A stretch of 64,000 nucleotides of DNA from an uncultured virus (IMG/VR IMGVR_UViG_2850711898_000002) (lineage: Duplodnaviria; Heunggongvirae; Uroviricota; Caudoviricetes), in the IMG/VR virus record IMGVR_UViG_2850711898_000002. The stretch is one strand, 5' to 3'. Positions 19,880 through 30,970 of this stretch are shown in pieces; within the stretch, counting starts at the first letter, position 1, and the number at the start of each line of letters is the position of its first letter. The notes under the pieces are model-generated. The model saw only the letters and a list, made by a program, of their open reading frames with translations. It searched no databases and was not told the origin of the DNA. Both the position numbers and the translations under genes were made by a program.

Positions 19880-21103
19880 ATGAGTCAACAGGAAATTCGG
19901 GTAGTAAATGATGGTCAAACTGTTGATAAAGACTTCGTAAACTCTTGGGAGATATTTGATTATTGTGATCAATACAATGGAAGTCTTACAATATCTTTTG
20001 TCGGAGCAATTATAAAAAATGATAAAATTTTATTTTCATTTCCAAAACATTATAAAGTCGATGATGATGAACACAATCAAGTTTCTTGTATGAAACAAAT
20101 ACTTTATATTTTATCGAAATCAAAAGCAAGTTATGGTAGTTTTGATAAGGGAATAAAAGGAGAATTTCCGATAAAAGCATATTTAGGCATTTTGATGCAT
20201 TATAAGAAATATGGTTTATATTTATCTAATGAACAATATTATGAAAATGGATATGCTGGAAACATAGATTGGAATAGAACAGTAAATAAATCAAACAAAA
20301 TCATTCAGAAAAAAGGTGTAATATTTTTCCCATTCACTATTAAGAGGACTAGGGATAAAAGTGTATTTATTAGCGAATGTATGAATTACGTTTTATCAGA
20401 TGCAAGCAGATATAAGAAGTTTATAAATACTATTATGCCGTATGAATATATTAATAAAAACAATATATTCAACAACTTAAGGTATGTACTTAATGTACTT
20501 AATGTACTTAATGAACTAAAAAGGATTAGAAATCTATATTTTAAAGATATAGAAAAAAGGCTTATTAACAATTTGATTGAATATATAGAGTGGAAAAGCA
20601 CAACTAGAGATAATGTCAGACTTATAACATTGAAATTTGAAAATTATTGGGAAGTAATGATAAATGAATATCTCAACGATGGTTTTTGTGGAATAGAAGA
20701 AGATCAAATTATTTGGGGAGAAAACAAACAAAATAAATTTTCTAAGCCAGAAATGGAATATGTGGAAAGCGTAGAAAAAAGATTGCAACATAGAGGTAGA
20801 AGTCCGTATAAAATACAGTACGATCATATATTTATTGATGTTGATAATAGAAAAATTGTTCTTTTTGATTCAAAGTATTTTAACGCGGAAGTGGATCAAT
20901 TGAATTATAAACAATTATTTTATCATTATAATTTAAAGCAGAAGTACCCTCAATTTCTTATATATAATGGATTGCTTTTACCAACAGAAAAAGACTACTA
21001 TACAAAAATTCATGTAGATAGAACCGATCTCGATGGTGTTAAGATTGTAGAACATTATATTAACTTGAATTCAGTGCTGGATCATTATTCTGGGAAAATA
21101 TAA
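19880..21103 (+). CDS. LlaJI-family (McrC-like) restriction endonuclease subunit
   Basis: FPKHY, IDWNRT, FENYWEVM, D..DSKY..KQ..Y. Confidence 0.78.
   Translation: MSQQEIRVVNDGQTVDKDFVNSWEIFDYCDQYNGSLTISFVGAIIKNDKILFSFPKHYKVDDDEHNQVSCMKQILYILSKSKASYGSFDKGIKGEFPIKAYLGILMHYKKYGLYLSNEQYYENGYAGNIDWNRTVNKSNKIIQKKGVIFFPFTIKRTRDKSVFISECMNYVLSDASRYKKFINTIMPYEYINKNNIFNNLRYVLNVLNVLNELKRIRNLYFKDIEKRLINNLIEYIEWKSTTRDNVRLITLKFENYWEVMINEYLNDGFCGIEEDQIIWGENKQNKFSKPEMEYVESVEKRLQHRGRSPYKIQYDHIFIDVDNRKIVLFDSKYFNAEVDQLNYKQLFYHYNLKQKYPQFLIYNGLLLPTEKDYYTKIHVDRTDLDGVKIVEHYINLNSVLDHYSGKI
20484..20510 (+). repeat. ATGTACTTA x3 in-frame tandem repeat
   Basis: Encodes VLNVLNVLN. Confidence 0.9.
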
Positions 21104-21227
21104 TGCAATGTATCGCATACATTTTATGGTTTAGATGAAGACAGGAATAAACTTGTACTCTATATAGTTCTTAATGTTTATATTTACTAAAGTGAAGTTT
21201 TCTACATTATCTGAGAGAGGTGATAAA

Positions 21228-22850
21228 GTGGCAATTAAAAAATTAAAAATTAAGAATTTTAAATGTTTTTCAGACTGGTTTACTGTAGATTTTACAAGTG
21301 GAATTAATATATTGGTTGGCAATAATGGCACTGGTAAATCAACAATTTTAGAGGCTGTCAATTTAGTTTTGACTGGGACATATCATGGAAAAAATATTAG
21401 AAATGAACTATCTCAGTATCTTTTTAATAAAGCCGTAGTGGACGAATATTTGACCAAAGTTAATAATGGAGAAAAAATTGATCCTCCAGAGATAATTGTT
21501 GAAGCATACTTTGATGCTGATATTCCAAGTTTCTTAGGTGATGGAAATTCTGATAAAAGCAGTGATATACCAGGTATTACTTTATCAGTGAATTTTGATG
21601 AAAGATATGCCCAAGAGTATAGCATTCTTTGTCAAAATGAGATGACCTCACTACCAATTGAATATTACACAGTAAATTGGATGTCTTTTGCTAGAGAAAA
21701 TATAACTACAAGAAGTATACCTGTTAAATCTGCAATGATTGATACTACTAGTTATACACCTACAAATGGATCGGATATATACATATCAAGAATAGTGAAG
21801 AATCTGCTGGATGACAGTGAGGTTATTAATATATCACAAGCCCATAGGCTAATGAAAGAGCAATTTTCTAGAGATGAGAATACTGCTAATATTAACAGAA
21901 AATTAACTGAAACATCAAATAATGAATTGACAATTTCTGTGGACTTTGGTACGAAGACCTCGTGGGAAAGTAGCTTGGTAACTCAATTGAATGAAATTCC
22001 ATATAATAACATTGGAAAAGGAACTCAATGTATTATTAAAACACAATTGGCACTAAGCGATCACAAAATAGAAAATAGACAAATCATACTTTTAGAAGAA
22101 CCTGAATGCCATTTGTCGTATTCTAATTTAAATATTCTGCTAGATAAAGTTAATGAATCGGTAAAAGAAAAACAGATAATAGTTACCACACACAGTAGTT
22201 TTGTATCAAATAAATTGGGACTTGAAAATTTAATTTTACTAAATCAAGGAAAAACATTACGATTAGCTGAGTTATCAAATGAAACAAATTTATTTTTCAA
22301 AAGAATAGCTGGATATGATACATTACGATTATTATTATCAAAAAAAGCGATTTTAGTCGAAGGTGATTCGGATGAATTAATTGTTCAAAGAGCATATATG
22401 GATTCTCATGCTGGTAAATTACCTATTAGCGATGGAATAGATATAATATCAGTCGGAATATCTTTTTTAAGATTCTTGGAAATTGCAAAAATACTAGAAT
22501 TGTGTGTATCAGTGATAACCGATAATGATGGAAATATTGAAGCACTAAATAGAAAATATAGTGATTATTTAGGTGATAATGGTTGTGAGAATATAAATAT
22601 ATGTTTTGATGATAGTGCATATGAATATGATGGTTCTTTGGGAAATTACAACTATAATACTTTGGAACCGTGTATATATAGATCTAATTCTATGTCTATT
22701 TTAAACGAGATATTGAATAAATCATATGAAAATCTCGATGATTTACTTAGATATATGAAGAGCAATAAAACAGAAGTTGCCTTAAAGATTTTTGAAAGTG
22801 ATAAAGCTATAGAATTTCCTCAATATATCAAGGATGGTATTTCGATATGA
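21228..22850 (+). CDS. gajA: OLD-family ABC-ATPase/TOPRIM nuclease, Gabija GajA
   Basis: GNNGTGKST, LLEEPECHL, TTHS, LVEGDSD, TDND; followed by a UvrD gene. Confidence 0.8.
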   Translation: MAIKKLKIKNFKCFSDWFTVDFTSGINILVGNNGTGKSTILEAVNLVLTGTYHGKNIRNELSQYLFNKAVVDEYLTKVNNGEKIDPPEIIVEAYFDADIPSFLGDGNSDKSSDIPGITLSVNFDERYAQEYSILCQNEMTSLPIEYYTVNWMSFARENITTRSIPVKSAMIDTTSYTPTNGSDIYISRIVKNLLDDSEVINISQAHRLMKEQFSRDENTANINRKLTETSNNELTISVDFGTKTSWESSLVTQLNEIPYNNIGKGTQCIIKTQLALSDHKIENRQIILLEEPECHLSYSNLNILLDKVNESVKEKQIIVTTHSSFVSNKLGLENLILLNQGKTLRLAELSNETNLFFKRIAGYDTLRLLLSKKAILVEGDSDELIVQRAYMDSHAGKLPISDGIDIISVGISFLRFLEIAKILELCVSVITDNDGNIEALNRKYSDYLGDNGCENINICFDDSAYEYDGSLGNYNYNTLEPCIYRSNSMSILNEILNKSYENLDDLLRYMKSNKTEVALKIFESDKAIEFPQYIKDGISI

Positions 22851-23914
22851 GTGGGAAATTATACATAGCGGCTGCAGGTTCAGGTAAAACAACAAAAATC
22901 ATTGAAGATTCTCTTAATACTAATAAAAAAACATTAATTTTAACATATACCATTACAAATGAAAAACAGATAATTAACCGAATCAAGAAAAAAGTCGGCA
23001 TAATTCCTTCTAATATTACAGTTTCAACATGGTTTTCATTTTTGCTAAAGGATGGAATTAGACCATATCAAGGAAGTCGTTTTAAAGAAAGAATTGAAGG
23101 AATTATATTTGTAAATGGGCAGAATAATAATTATGTAAAGAAAACATCTAATAAATATTTTGCTAAAGATAACAAAATTTATACCGATAAGCTATCGGAA
23201 TGTGTGATAGAGTTAAACGTTAATTGTAATGGAAAAGTTTTTGAAAGAATTAGTAGAATGTATGATTGTATCTATGTTGACGAGGTTCAAGATATGGTGG
23301 GATATGATTTGGAGATATTAAAGTGTTTAATATCTTCAAAAACTGAAGTGATAATGGTCGGCGATCCCAGACAATGCACATATTAGACTCACTCATCAAA
23401 AAAATATAAAAAATATAGCTGTGGGAAAATTGATGAGTTTTTAAAAAATGAGTGTAAAAAATTAGATATAAAAATTGATGAAACTACACTTAATTGCACG
23501 TATAGAAATAATGATATTATATGCAAATTTGCGAATAGTCTGTACCCAGAGAGAGCATCTACAAATTTTATGCGTAAAGCCGAAGATGGTTCAGAGGGTG
23601 TTATGATAATTGATAAAGCAGATGTAGAGAAGTATTTGCTGAAGTTTAATGCAGTGCAATTGAGGGAAAATAAAAAGACATCCGTAAATAATGAATATTC
23701 ATATTATAACTTTGGAGAATCAAAAGGGTTAGAATTCAAACGAGTACTTATATATCCGACTCAACCTATGTGGGATTGGATTATTGACAATAACACATCC
23801 CTAAAAGAACAAAGTAAGGCTAGATTATATGTTGCTGTTACACGTGCTAAGAATAGTGTTGTTATTGTACGTAAAGATGCACGGCTTTGCAGTCTACCAG
23901 TGGTGAATTTATAA
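22847..23914 (+). pseudogene. gajB: UvrD-like helicase GajB with an in-frame TAG at 23384-23386
   Basis: AAAGSGKT, DEVQD, GDPRQ, then same frame ESKGLEF, LYVAVTRA. Confidence 0.8.
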
Positions 23915-23941
23915 CTTTTATTTTGAGGAGATGAAATTTAA

Positions 23942-24403
23942 ATGGATAATGATATAAAATTTGAAATTTCTGTTCCATCGGATGAAGAGGGATATGTTTT
24001 ATTAAAATGTCCAAGTTGTGGTGAAAAATTTATGTTGACGGCGGAAGATATTGAGGATGAAAGCACAGTTGATATTTGGTGTCCTAATTGTGGTTTAACA
24101 CATGATAATTATTTAGACGATGATATTTATGAATTGGCAGAACGAATTGTTGAAAATCAAGTTGCAGAAATGTTAAATGATTTTTCAAATAGTCTTGAAA
24201 AAAAATTTAGGAATAGCAAAAATATTAAGTTTGAACAAGGAAAAGAGATTAAAAAAGAAGCGGAACTTTCGATAGGGAGAAAAACGGGAGATTATGAAGA
24301 AAAGAAATATTTATGCTGTTTTAAAACTGCAAAAATAAGTAGTATAAAAAATTTTGAAGGTAGTTATTGCCCATTTTGTGGAGAGATGATTGATGGAGAT
24401 TAG
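23942..24403 (+). CDS. Zinc-ribbon protein
   Basis: CPSC, CPNC, CC, CPFC. Confidence 0.75.
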   Translation: MDNDIKFEISVPSDEEGYVLLKCPSCGEKFMLTAEDIEDESTVDIWCPNCGLTHDNYLDDDIYELAERIVENQVAEMLNDFSNSLEKKFRNSKNIKFEQGKEIKKEAELSIGRKTGDYEEKKYLCCFKTAKISSIKNFEGSYCPFCGEMIDGD

Positions 24404-25199
24404 TAAAAAAGAACTTAGAAAAATTAGTAGGAAATTTAGAACATTGGCTTCAAATGTCATAAATTCACATTATGAAGAACAGAATGCCAATTTGGAAGAA
24501 ATGATAAATTTTGTAGAACAGACATCATTGATAATGGAATACTTGAATAGCCTAGAATATAATGTTGAAGGTTTAGAAAATATTCTAAATGAAGTGAATT
24601 CGTCCTATGGAAATAAATCTTTAAGTCTTGGAAATGATAGTTATAAAAGAACTTATTTGTTATATAGAGCATTTTCTTACATAACAAAAAATAGTCTTCA
24701 TACATATAACTTTGGGTGGTATTATGCTAACAGTCGTAAATATCAAGATATGGCAAAAGCGTTTGGAGATAGAATTGTTTACCCTTTTGTAGTGGGTATT
24801 GAAAATTACATAAAAGATATTTCTACAGATATGGGATATGACGAAAATAATGCCATGTATAATATTAATGTTAATAGTTCTGGAGTACAAGTGAATATTG
24901 CAGAGCATGGTAGTACAATTGAAGCTAACCAAGAAAATAAGTTTAATGGCGAAGATGTAGTTAAAGCGATTAACAATGTGGAAGAGCTTATTAAAGGTAT
25001 GAAGGATGATGACTCGAAAGAAATACTTTATCAGAATTTAGATGGTATAAAAAATGAAATTAAGCAACAACATCCGAAAAGAGAAGTGTTAACTACTTGT
25101 TTGAAAAGTATGCATTTTATTGCTACTTCCGTGGCTTTAATTCCTGATTTATCTTTAGGAATAAAAATGGTAGCTTCATTAATGGGGCTTTCGATTTAA
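24390..25199 (+). CDS. Hypothetical 269-aa protein
   Basis: Long ORF overlapping the upstream gene; GGAG RBS. Confidence 0.7.
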   Translation: MMEISKKELRKISRKFRTLASNVINSHYEEQNANLEEMINFVEQTSLIMEYLNSLEYNVEGLENILNEVNSSYGNKSLSLGNDSYKRTYLLYRAFSYITKNSLHTYNFGWYYANSRKYQDMAKAFGDRIVYPFVVGIENYIKDISTDMGYDENNAMYNINVNSSGVQVNIAEHGSTIEANQENKFNGEDVVKAINNVEELIKGMKDDDSKEILYQNLDGIKNEIKQQHPKREVLTTCLKSMHFIATSVALIPDLSLGIKMVASLMGLSI

Positions 25200-25233
25200 T
25201 AAGATAAAATAAGAAATCGATATAGTGATAGCA

Positions 25234-26565
25234 TTACCTCTCAATCTCTTTACCCATATACTTCTCATAATTTTTTCTGATTTGATACAGTTCTTTCATA
25301 TCGGATTTTGCAGAAGAATACTCTTGCATTAGGGTATTCTTTTTTTCATGTAATGAATCAAGCTCTTTCAAAATATCCTTGGAATTTGGAAGTTTTGAGT
25401 AAGAGTTTTTTAGGTCTGAAAGGGCGTTTTGATATAGTGTTATTTCTGATTTATGTTCTTTCCAAAAAGCCTTATCAGACGGATCTTTCTTATATTCCAG
25501 ATAGATTTGGCGATACAATTTTACGGTATGAACTTGTTCCATAGTATTTGATAGAACTGAAATTTTGTTATCAATAACTTTGATTTGATCCTGTATATTT
25601 TGTCTATTTAATGCACTTCCCTTAATGGATTCATCAAGCTGGGAGATAGACTTAAATCCTTTTTCACGCATCAAAAGTACAGTATCGGCAGCAGTTTTCA
25701 AATTATGTTTTGTAGCCCAATACTCATAGCCTTTGCTTGATTTTATCTTTTCGTTATTTGCAGTATCTATAATATTTCCTACACGTTTTTTAACAGTATG
25801 TGTTCTTTGATTAGTATTACCTAAGATACGCTCTTTTAATCTATCCTCAGCATAATCTTCTCCAATTGTCTTAGCTCGTGTAAATCTTTCTTTGTCTTTG
25901 TGTTTAAATGCAATGTGCTTTCCATACTTGATTTCATAATTAAGGGCAGCTATTCTCTTTATAAAATCATCCCAATCGTCGGATTGTTTAATAGCTCTAT
26001 CTATATCAAATTGAAGCCTACTTTTCCAAGAAGCACCTTTCTTAAATTGGTCGTTTTCATACCATGACTTACCATTAGCCTTATATTTATTTCTATAAGT
26101 TTCATAGAACTCATCAATAACAGATAGATTATTTTCTTTGCACAATTTATCGCTTTGATACCTAATTTGATAATAGCTTCTCTTGTTAGACTGGTAGCAC
26201 TTGCCAGTAATCATATTTACATTATTGAAGATGATATGGTTATGGATATGACCTTTGTCTCTATGGGTAGTAAGCACGAACTCGTACTGATCCTTAAGTA
26301 TTCTCTTACAAAGTTCCATTCCGATTTGATGTGCTATTTCTGGCGTAGCTTCACCAGGCATAAATGATTGAATTAGGTGTCTTGCAAGTACAGTTCCATT
26401 AACTTTATTATCTTCTCTAGTCTTCATAAAAGCAGTATGGGCAGTTGAAGCAAAGCACTTATTTGTGCTTACCAATATCTTTTCATCTGTCTTTTCTTCA
26501 TTTGTTATATAAGCAATAGCAAGATTAAGAGTAGATTTAATTGGATGTATCTTTGTAATTGCCAC
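25234..26565 (-). CDS. MOBP-type relaxase
   Basis: MAITKIHPIK, RHLIQSF, THRDKGHIHNHIIFN. Confidence 0.92.
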   Translation of the reverse strand: MAITKIHPIKSTLNLAIAYITNEEKTDEKILVSTNKCFASTAHTAFMKTREDNKVNGTVLARHLIQSFMPGEATPEIAHQIGMELCKRILKDQYEFVLTTHRDKGHIHNHIIFNNVNMITGKCYQSNKRSYYQIRYQSDKLCKENNLSVIDEFYETYRNKYKANGKSWYENDQFKKGASWKSRLQFDIDRAIKQSDDWDDFIKRIAALNYEIKYGKHIAFKHKDKERFTRAKTIGEDYAEDRLKERILGNTNQRTHTVKKRVGNIIDTANNEKIKSSKGYEYWATKHNLKTAADTVLLMREKGFKSISQLDESIKGSALNRQNIQDQIKVIDNKISVLSNTMEQVHTVKLYRQIYLEYKKDPSDKAFWKEHKSEITLYQNALSDLKNSYSKLPNSKDILKELDSLHEKKNTLMQEYSSAKSDMKELYQIRKNYEKYMGKEIER

Positions 26566-26925
26566 TTATATGTCATTTCCTTTGTTGGTAGTTTTATTGA
26601 GCAGTAGGGAATGTATTTGCCATATTTCTTTTGATAGATGTTCAATTTGGGACTGCATATCTTTGATGTCATCGCTATAGATAACACCAGTAGAATTAAC
26701 TCGTTTAGCAATTTGATTGACGCTACTTGCATACCTAAAAAGCAATCCTTGTATTTCCCTAAAGGGCTGTAAATCAACAACATAAATATCAGATTCAGAT
26801 ACTACTTTTCTTAGAAAGTGGTTCATCGTCTTACACTTTGCCATTTTCATTTTCTTTTCAAAAAGTGCTTTTTCTTCTTCTGTTAAGTTTATTTTTAGCT
26901 GAACATTTCTAATTCTATTTGCCAT
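26566..26925 (-). CDS. mobC: Relaxosome protein MobC
   Basis: RHH-like N-terminus, SVNQIAKRVN; directly upstream of the relaxase. Confidence 0.85.
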   Translation of the reverse strand: MANRIRNVQLKINLTEEEKALFEKKMKMAKCKTMNHFLRKVVSESDIYVVDLQPFREIQGLLFRYASSVNQIAKRVNSTGVIYSDDIKDMQSQIEHLSKEIWQIHSLLLNKTTNKGNDI

Positions 26926-26949
26926 TTCTGTTACTTCCTTTCAAAAAAG

Positions 26950-27070
26950 TTGTGGTCTTAGGGTACTCCCTAACAAGCTAAAATTGATAAAAAAAGAAGC
27001 AACTCCAAGAGGGCTGCTTCATCGATTTTTCGTAAGTGGGTACACGCTTACTGTGCTTGCTACATAAGAA
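26950..27070. other. Candidate oriT
   Basis: Upstream of mobC; hairpins TTAGGG-TACT-CCCTAA, GAAGCA...TGCTTC and GTAAG-TGGGTACACG-CTTAC. Confidence 0.5.
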
Positions 27071-27155
27071 TGATTTGTAAAGCAAGCGTTAAGCGAGATA
27101 CGAGTTTGTGTCTTAATTATACCAAGTATAGAAGTTAATGTCAGCGTATTTAAGA

Positions 27156-27238
27156 AACTATTTCTAAAAAAATTGAAATAGTTATTGAGTTAAGTCCTAT
27201 GATGATGTTATAATTATTTTGAAAAAATTTGAAATAGG
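27156..27238 (+). promoter_or_regulatory. ArsR operator inverted repeats and promoter
   Basis: AACTATTTC-n10-GAAATAGTT at 27156-27183, a similar site near 27212-27237, and TGTTATAAT extended -10. Confidence 0.5.
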
Positions 27239-27257
27239 TCATGGAAAGGCTAAGCTA

Positions 27258-27518
27258 ATGAATTATTATGCTAAGTTTAAAGCTTTATCCGATTCGATAA
27301 GACTGGATATATTAAATGAATTGAATAAAGGGGAACTATCTGCAGGGGATATTGCAGATAAATTTGCTCTGCCGAATTCAAAAGTTTCGTATCATTTAGC
27401 GATACTAAAAAAAGTAGATATGGTTACAGAAAGAAAATATAAGAATTTTATTTTTTATAGCCTAAATCTGAATGGTATTCAGGAAGCTTCAACTTGGTTT
27501 GATAGATTCCAAAAATAA
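27258..27518 (+). CDS. ArsR/SdpR-like repressor
   Basis: FKALSDSIRLDIL, SAGDIA, SYHLAIL, FIFYSLN. Confidence 0.85.
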   Translation: MNYYAKFKALSDSIRLDILNELNKGELSAGDIADKFALPNSKVSYHLAILKKVDMVTERKYKNFIFYSLNLNGIQEASTWFDRFQK

Positions 27519-27811
27519 AATTCGCATAAATAAGCTTTCTAAAATTAGCAATTACAAGGAGATGAAGATTTAACTGTTAATTAGGAGGATGATGTGCATG
27601 ATATGGGTTACGCACGATTTAATAAAAGGGATTCATAATTTTTTGTGCGGAAAATTTTCCTTATTGCATTTATCCTTTACCTAATTCTAAACTTAATAAA
27701 TTAAATAGTAGAACTGTTTTTGTTCATTTGCGAGGACTCGGTGTGCCATCATGCCGTAGTCCTCCTTTTTTGTTTTCAAACAAGATTTTGAAACGAAAAG
27801 GAGGACAAAAA

Positions 27812-28225
27812 ATGAATAAAGAATACTTCTTGTTTGTAAACGGAAAGAAGATCAAAGTTAGCGAGGAGATCTATAAAGTCTATTGGCAAGAGAAAAATCA
27901 TGAGAATTACTTGAAGCAGATAGATCGAAAAAATCATCTGCTTTTATTTTCTTCTTTTGACCATGATGGACATTTTGAAGATAGCATCGTTGACGAGGGA
28001 TTTGATGTAGATAAGATTGTTCAGACACAAATGATGATAGAGGCAGTACGAGATGCGCTATCAAAATTAAATGATGAAGAAAGAGAAATCATTGATAGAC
28101 TTTATTTCAATGATGAAACCATTCGCTCAGTAGCTGAAACTAAAAAAATATCTCATCCAGCTCTCATAAAGAGAAGAAATAAGATATTGGACACGTTAAG
28201 AGAATTGTTGAAAGACTTTAGGTAA
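27812..28225 (+). CDS. Sigma-70 region 4-type ICE regulator
   Basis: VSEEIYKVY, LSKLNDEEREII, HTH; AGGAGG RBS. Confidence 0.8.
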   Translation: MNKEYFLFVNGKKIKVSEEIYKVYWQEKNHENYLKQIDRKNHLLLFSSFDHDGHFEDSIVDEGFDVDKIVQTQMMIEAVRDALSKLNDEEREIIDRLYFNDETIRSVAETKKISHPALIKRRNKILDTLRELLKDFR

Positions 28226-28389
28226 TATTAACTTAAAGGAGCTAGAAAGATAAAATCTATCGGCTCCTTTTAATTTGCTAGAATGGAAAAATATGTTTAA
28301 AAATGATATAATTATATCATATATTCATAAAATAAATTTTAAAAATACAGAGTTTTAATTTGTATTATTTATAAAAGAGGGGGGATAAT

Positions 28390-30926
28390 ATGGCTATTAA
28401 TTTTTCGAAATTGAAGTCTTCATCTAACCAAGCATCTATAGAACCAAGAGATATTTTTATGGCATTGCCTGCAAAGGATAAAAGCTATGGGTATCCTCGT
28501 GATGTTCAAACAGAAGTTTGGAAACAGTGGTTTGATAAACGAAATGAAAAAAACACAATAATAAAAATGAACACTGGAAGTGGAAAAACTGTTGTGGGGT
28601 TAACGATTTTACAGAGTTGTTTAAACGAAGGAAAAGGTCCTGCAGTGTATATTGTTCCAGATAATTTTTTAATAAAGCAAGTTTGTGGCGAAGCAATAAA
28701 GCTAGGGATTAGGGTTGCTTATGATAATGAAGGTGTGAAAGGTGAAGAAGATTATTATTTCAAGCATAATAAAGCAATTTTAGTAACAAATATACACAAA
28801 TTAATTAATGGTAAAAGCGTGTTTGGGTTACGCTCGAGTAATAATGTTAAAATTGGTAGTATCATAATCGATGATGTACACGCTTGTTTAGATACAATAG
28901 AAAGACAACACACAATAACTATTGAATCTAATCATGATTTATATAAAAAAATAATTTCATATGTATCTAACTATGCAGAAGTCAAGGAAAGCCAAAATTT
29001 TTGTGATATAAAAGACAGAAATGATCCGAGATACAGTTACTTGGTTCCATTTTGGATTTGGCAAAAAGAATGTCAAAATATATATAATAGTATTTCTGAT
29101 GAAGATTACAAGGATGAAGCATTTGTATTGTTTAATCTTCCATTGATGCGTGATAATTGGAAAACAGCTAATTGTGTTATTTCTGCTCGTAGGGTTGAAA
29201 TAACATTAAAAGGTACTCCTATAAATAAAATAACTAGTTTTGAAGAAGCCCAACGTAGGATATTTATGAGTGCGACACTAGCGGATGATAGTGTATTTGT
29301 ATCTAGTATTGGATTAAAAGAAAAAGAGCTTTCAAATATCATTACACCTGAAAAGGCAAATGATATTGGTGAAAGGCTCATAATTTTTCCTAAACATTTA
29401 AATGCTAAGATAACAGATGAAGAGATAAAAAATGAAATTTATAATATTGCTAAGCAACATAATGTTGTAGTTATTGTACCATCTTTTGATAGAGCTAATT
29501 TTTGGAATGATATAAGTCCCAGTCAAATTCTTTCATCAAATGCAGATAATATACAAAGTGGTGTTGATAAATTAAAGAGTGGAGAATTCACGGGAATTAC
29601 AATTCTAGTAAACAAGTATGATGGAATTGATTTACCAGATGATGCTTGCCGAATTCTTGTTGTTGATGGATTACCAAGTATACGGAGTGAGTATGATTTA
29701 GCAATACAAGGGATGAATCCAAATGACAACAGATTGTGCAGAGAACAAATTCAGAAAATTGAACAGGGAATGGGTAGAGGGGTTAGATCAAATAATGATT
29801 TCTGCTCAATAGTATTAATGGGAGAAAAACTAGCGGATGTAATTGTAAATCAACATGGTAAAGAATTTTTTAGTTCAGCAACACTAGAACAATGGAATCT
29901 TTCTCAGCAACTATGGGAACAACTAATGGAATCGACACAAAGTCCTACTATAAAAAATATTTTTGATTTGACTAATTATATGTTTGAGCGTAACCCAGAG
30001 TGGATTTCTGCTAGTAAATCTAATTTATCTAATGTTGTGTACAATAAATCTGGTAATGTAGATTCTTTGATTCTTGCGACGCGGAAGGCTTTTGAAAAAG
30101 AATGCTTAGAAAATTATGAAGAAAGTTTTTCGATTATAGAGCAAGAAAAGAATAAAACAAATGATAACAAAACTAAAGGGTTATTGATGCAATATATGGC
30201 TGAATATAAGAACTTCAGCAATCCAGCTGTGGCACAGGAAATATTACTTTCAGCAAGAAACCTTAATTCTATGGTTTTAAAACCAATTAAGGGAATCCAA
30301 TTTTCAAAATTAACTAGTACAAATAATGGACAATCTAGCTCTATTATAAAATATATTGAAGAAAATGAATTAAATGCCAATGAATATATTCTACATGTAT
30401 CGGCTATATTGGAAGATTTAAACTTTTCAGATAATCCTGCGAAACGATTTGAAAAAGCACTTAATGATGTAGCATCAGTTATAGGTATTGCATCCTCTCG
30501 CCCAGAAGTTCAGTTTGGAGGAGAAGCTCCTGATAACTTACTAGCATTTTCAAATTCTGAATATGTAATTATTGAATGTAAGAATAGAACGACAACAGAA
30601 TTAATTTCAAAAGATGACTGTGAGCAGTTACTTAGTTCGATACAATGGTTTAAGAATCATTATATTCTTGGAGAAAATATATTCCAATTATGATTCATAA
30701 TAGTGATACTTTCCGAACTGAGGCATCACCTAGTCCAGACATGAGAATTATGACACCTGAATTATTGGACGAATTCTCACGAGCAATAAGAGGGTTTGCA
30801 GAAGGGGTTGTCAAAAATGGAGTCTATGGGAATAACAAAGAAGTTGAAAAATTATTAAATTCATTCGGGCTAAATGGTTATCAGATAATTAATCAATATA
30901 CAAAGCCATTTAGTAAAAATAAATAA
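28390..30926 (+). pseudogene. SF2 helicase with C-terminal PD-(D/E)xK nuclease (Hna-like), frameshifted near 30675
   Basis: TGSGKT, IDDVH, MSAT, DGIDLP, QGMGRGVR, PD...IECK; one missing A in GAAAATAT separates the last ~80 aa. Confidence 0.7.
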
Positions 30927-30937
30927 CTTTTAAATTT

Positions 30938-30970
30938 TGCATCTATAAAATTTTATAGGTGCATTTTTTA
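30938..30970 (+). terminator. Intrinsic terminator
   Basis: TGCATCTATAAAA/TTTTATAGGTGCA followed by a T run. Confidence 0.7.

Noticed and set aside
15476..26963. 13-bp match TGTGGTCTTAGGG at 15476 and 26951 bracketing the defence island and relaxase
   Set aside because: One copy is in a terminator hairpin and the other in the oriT region; too short to call a target duplication without comparative data
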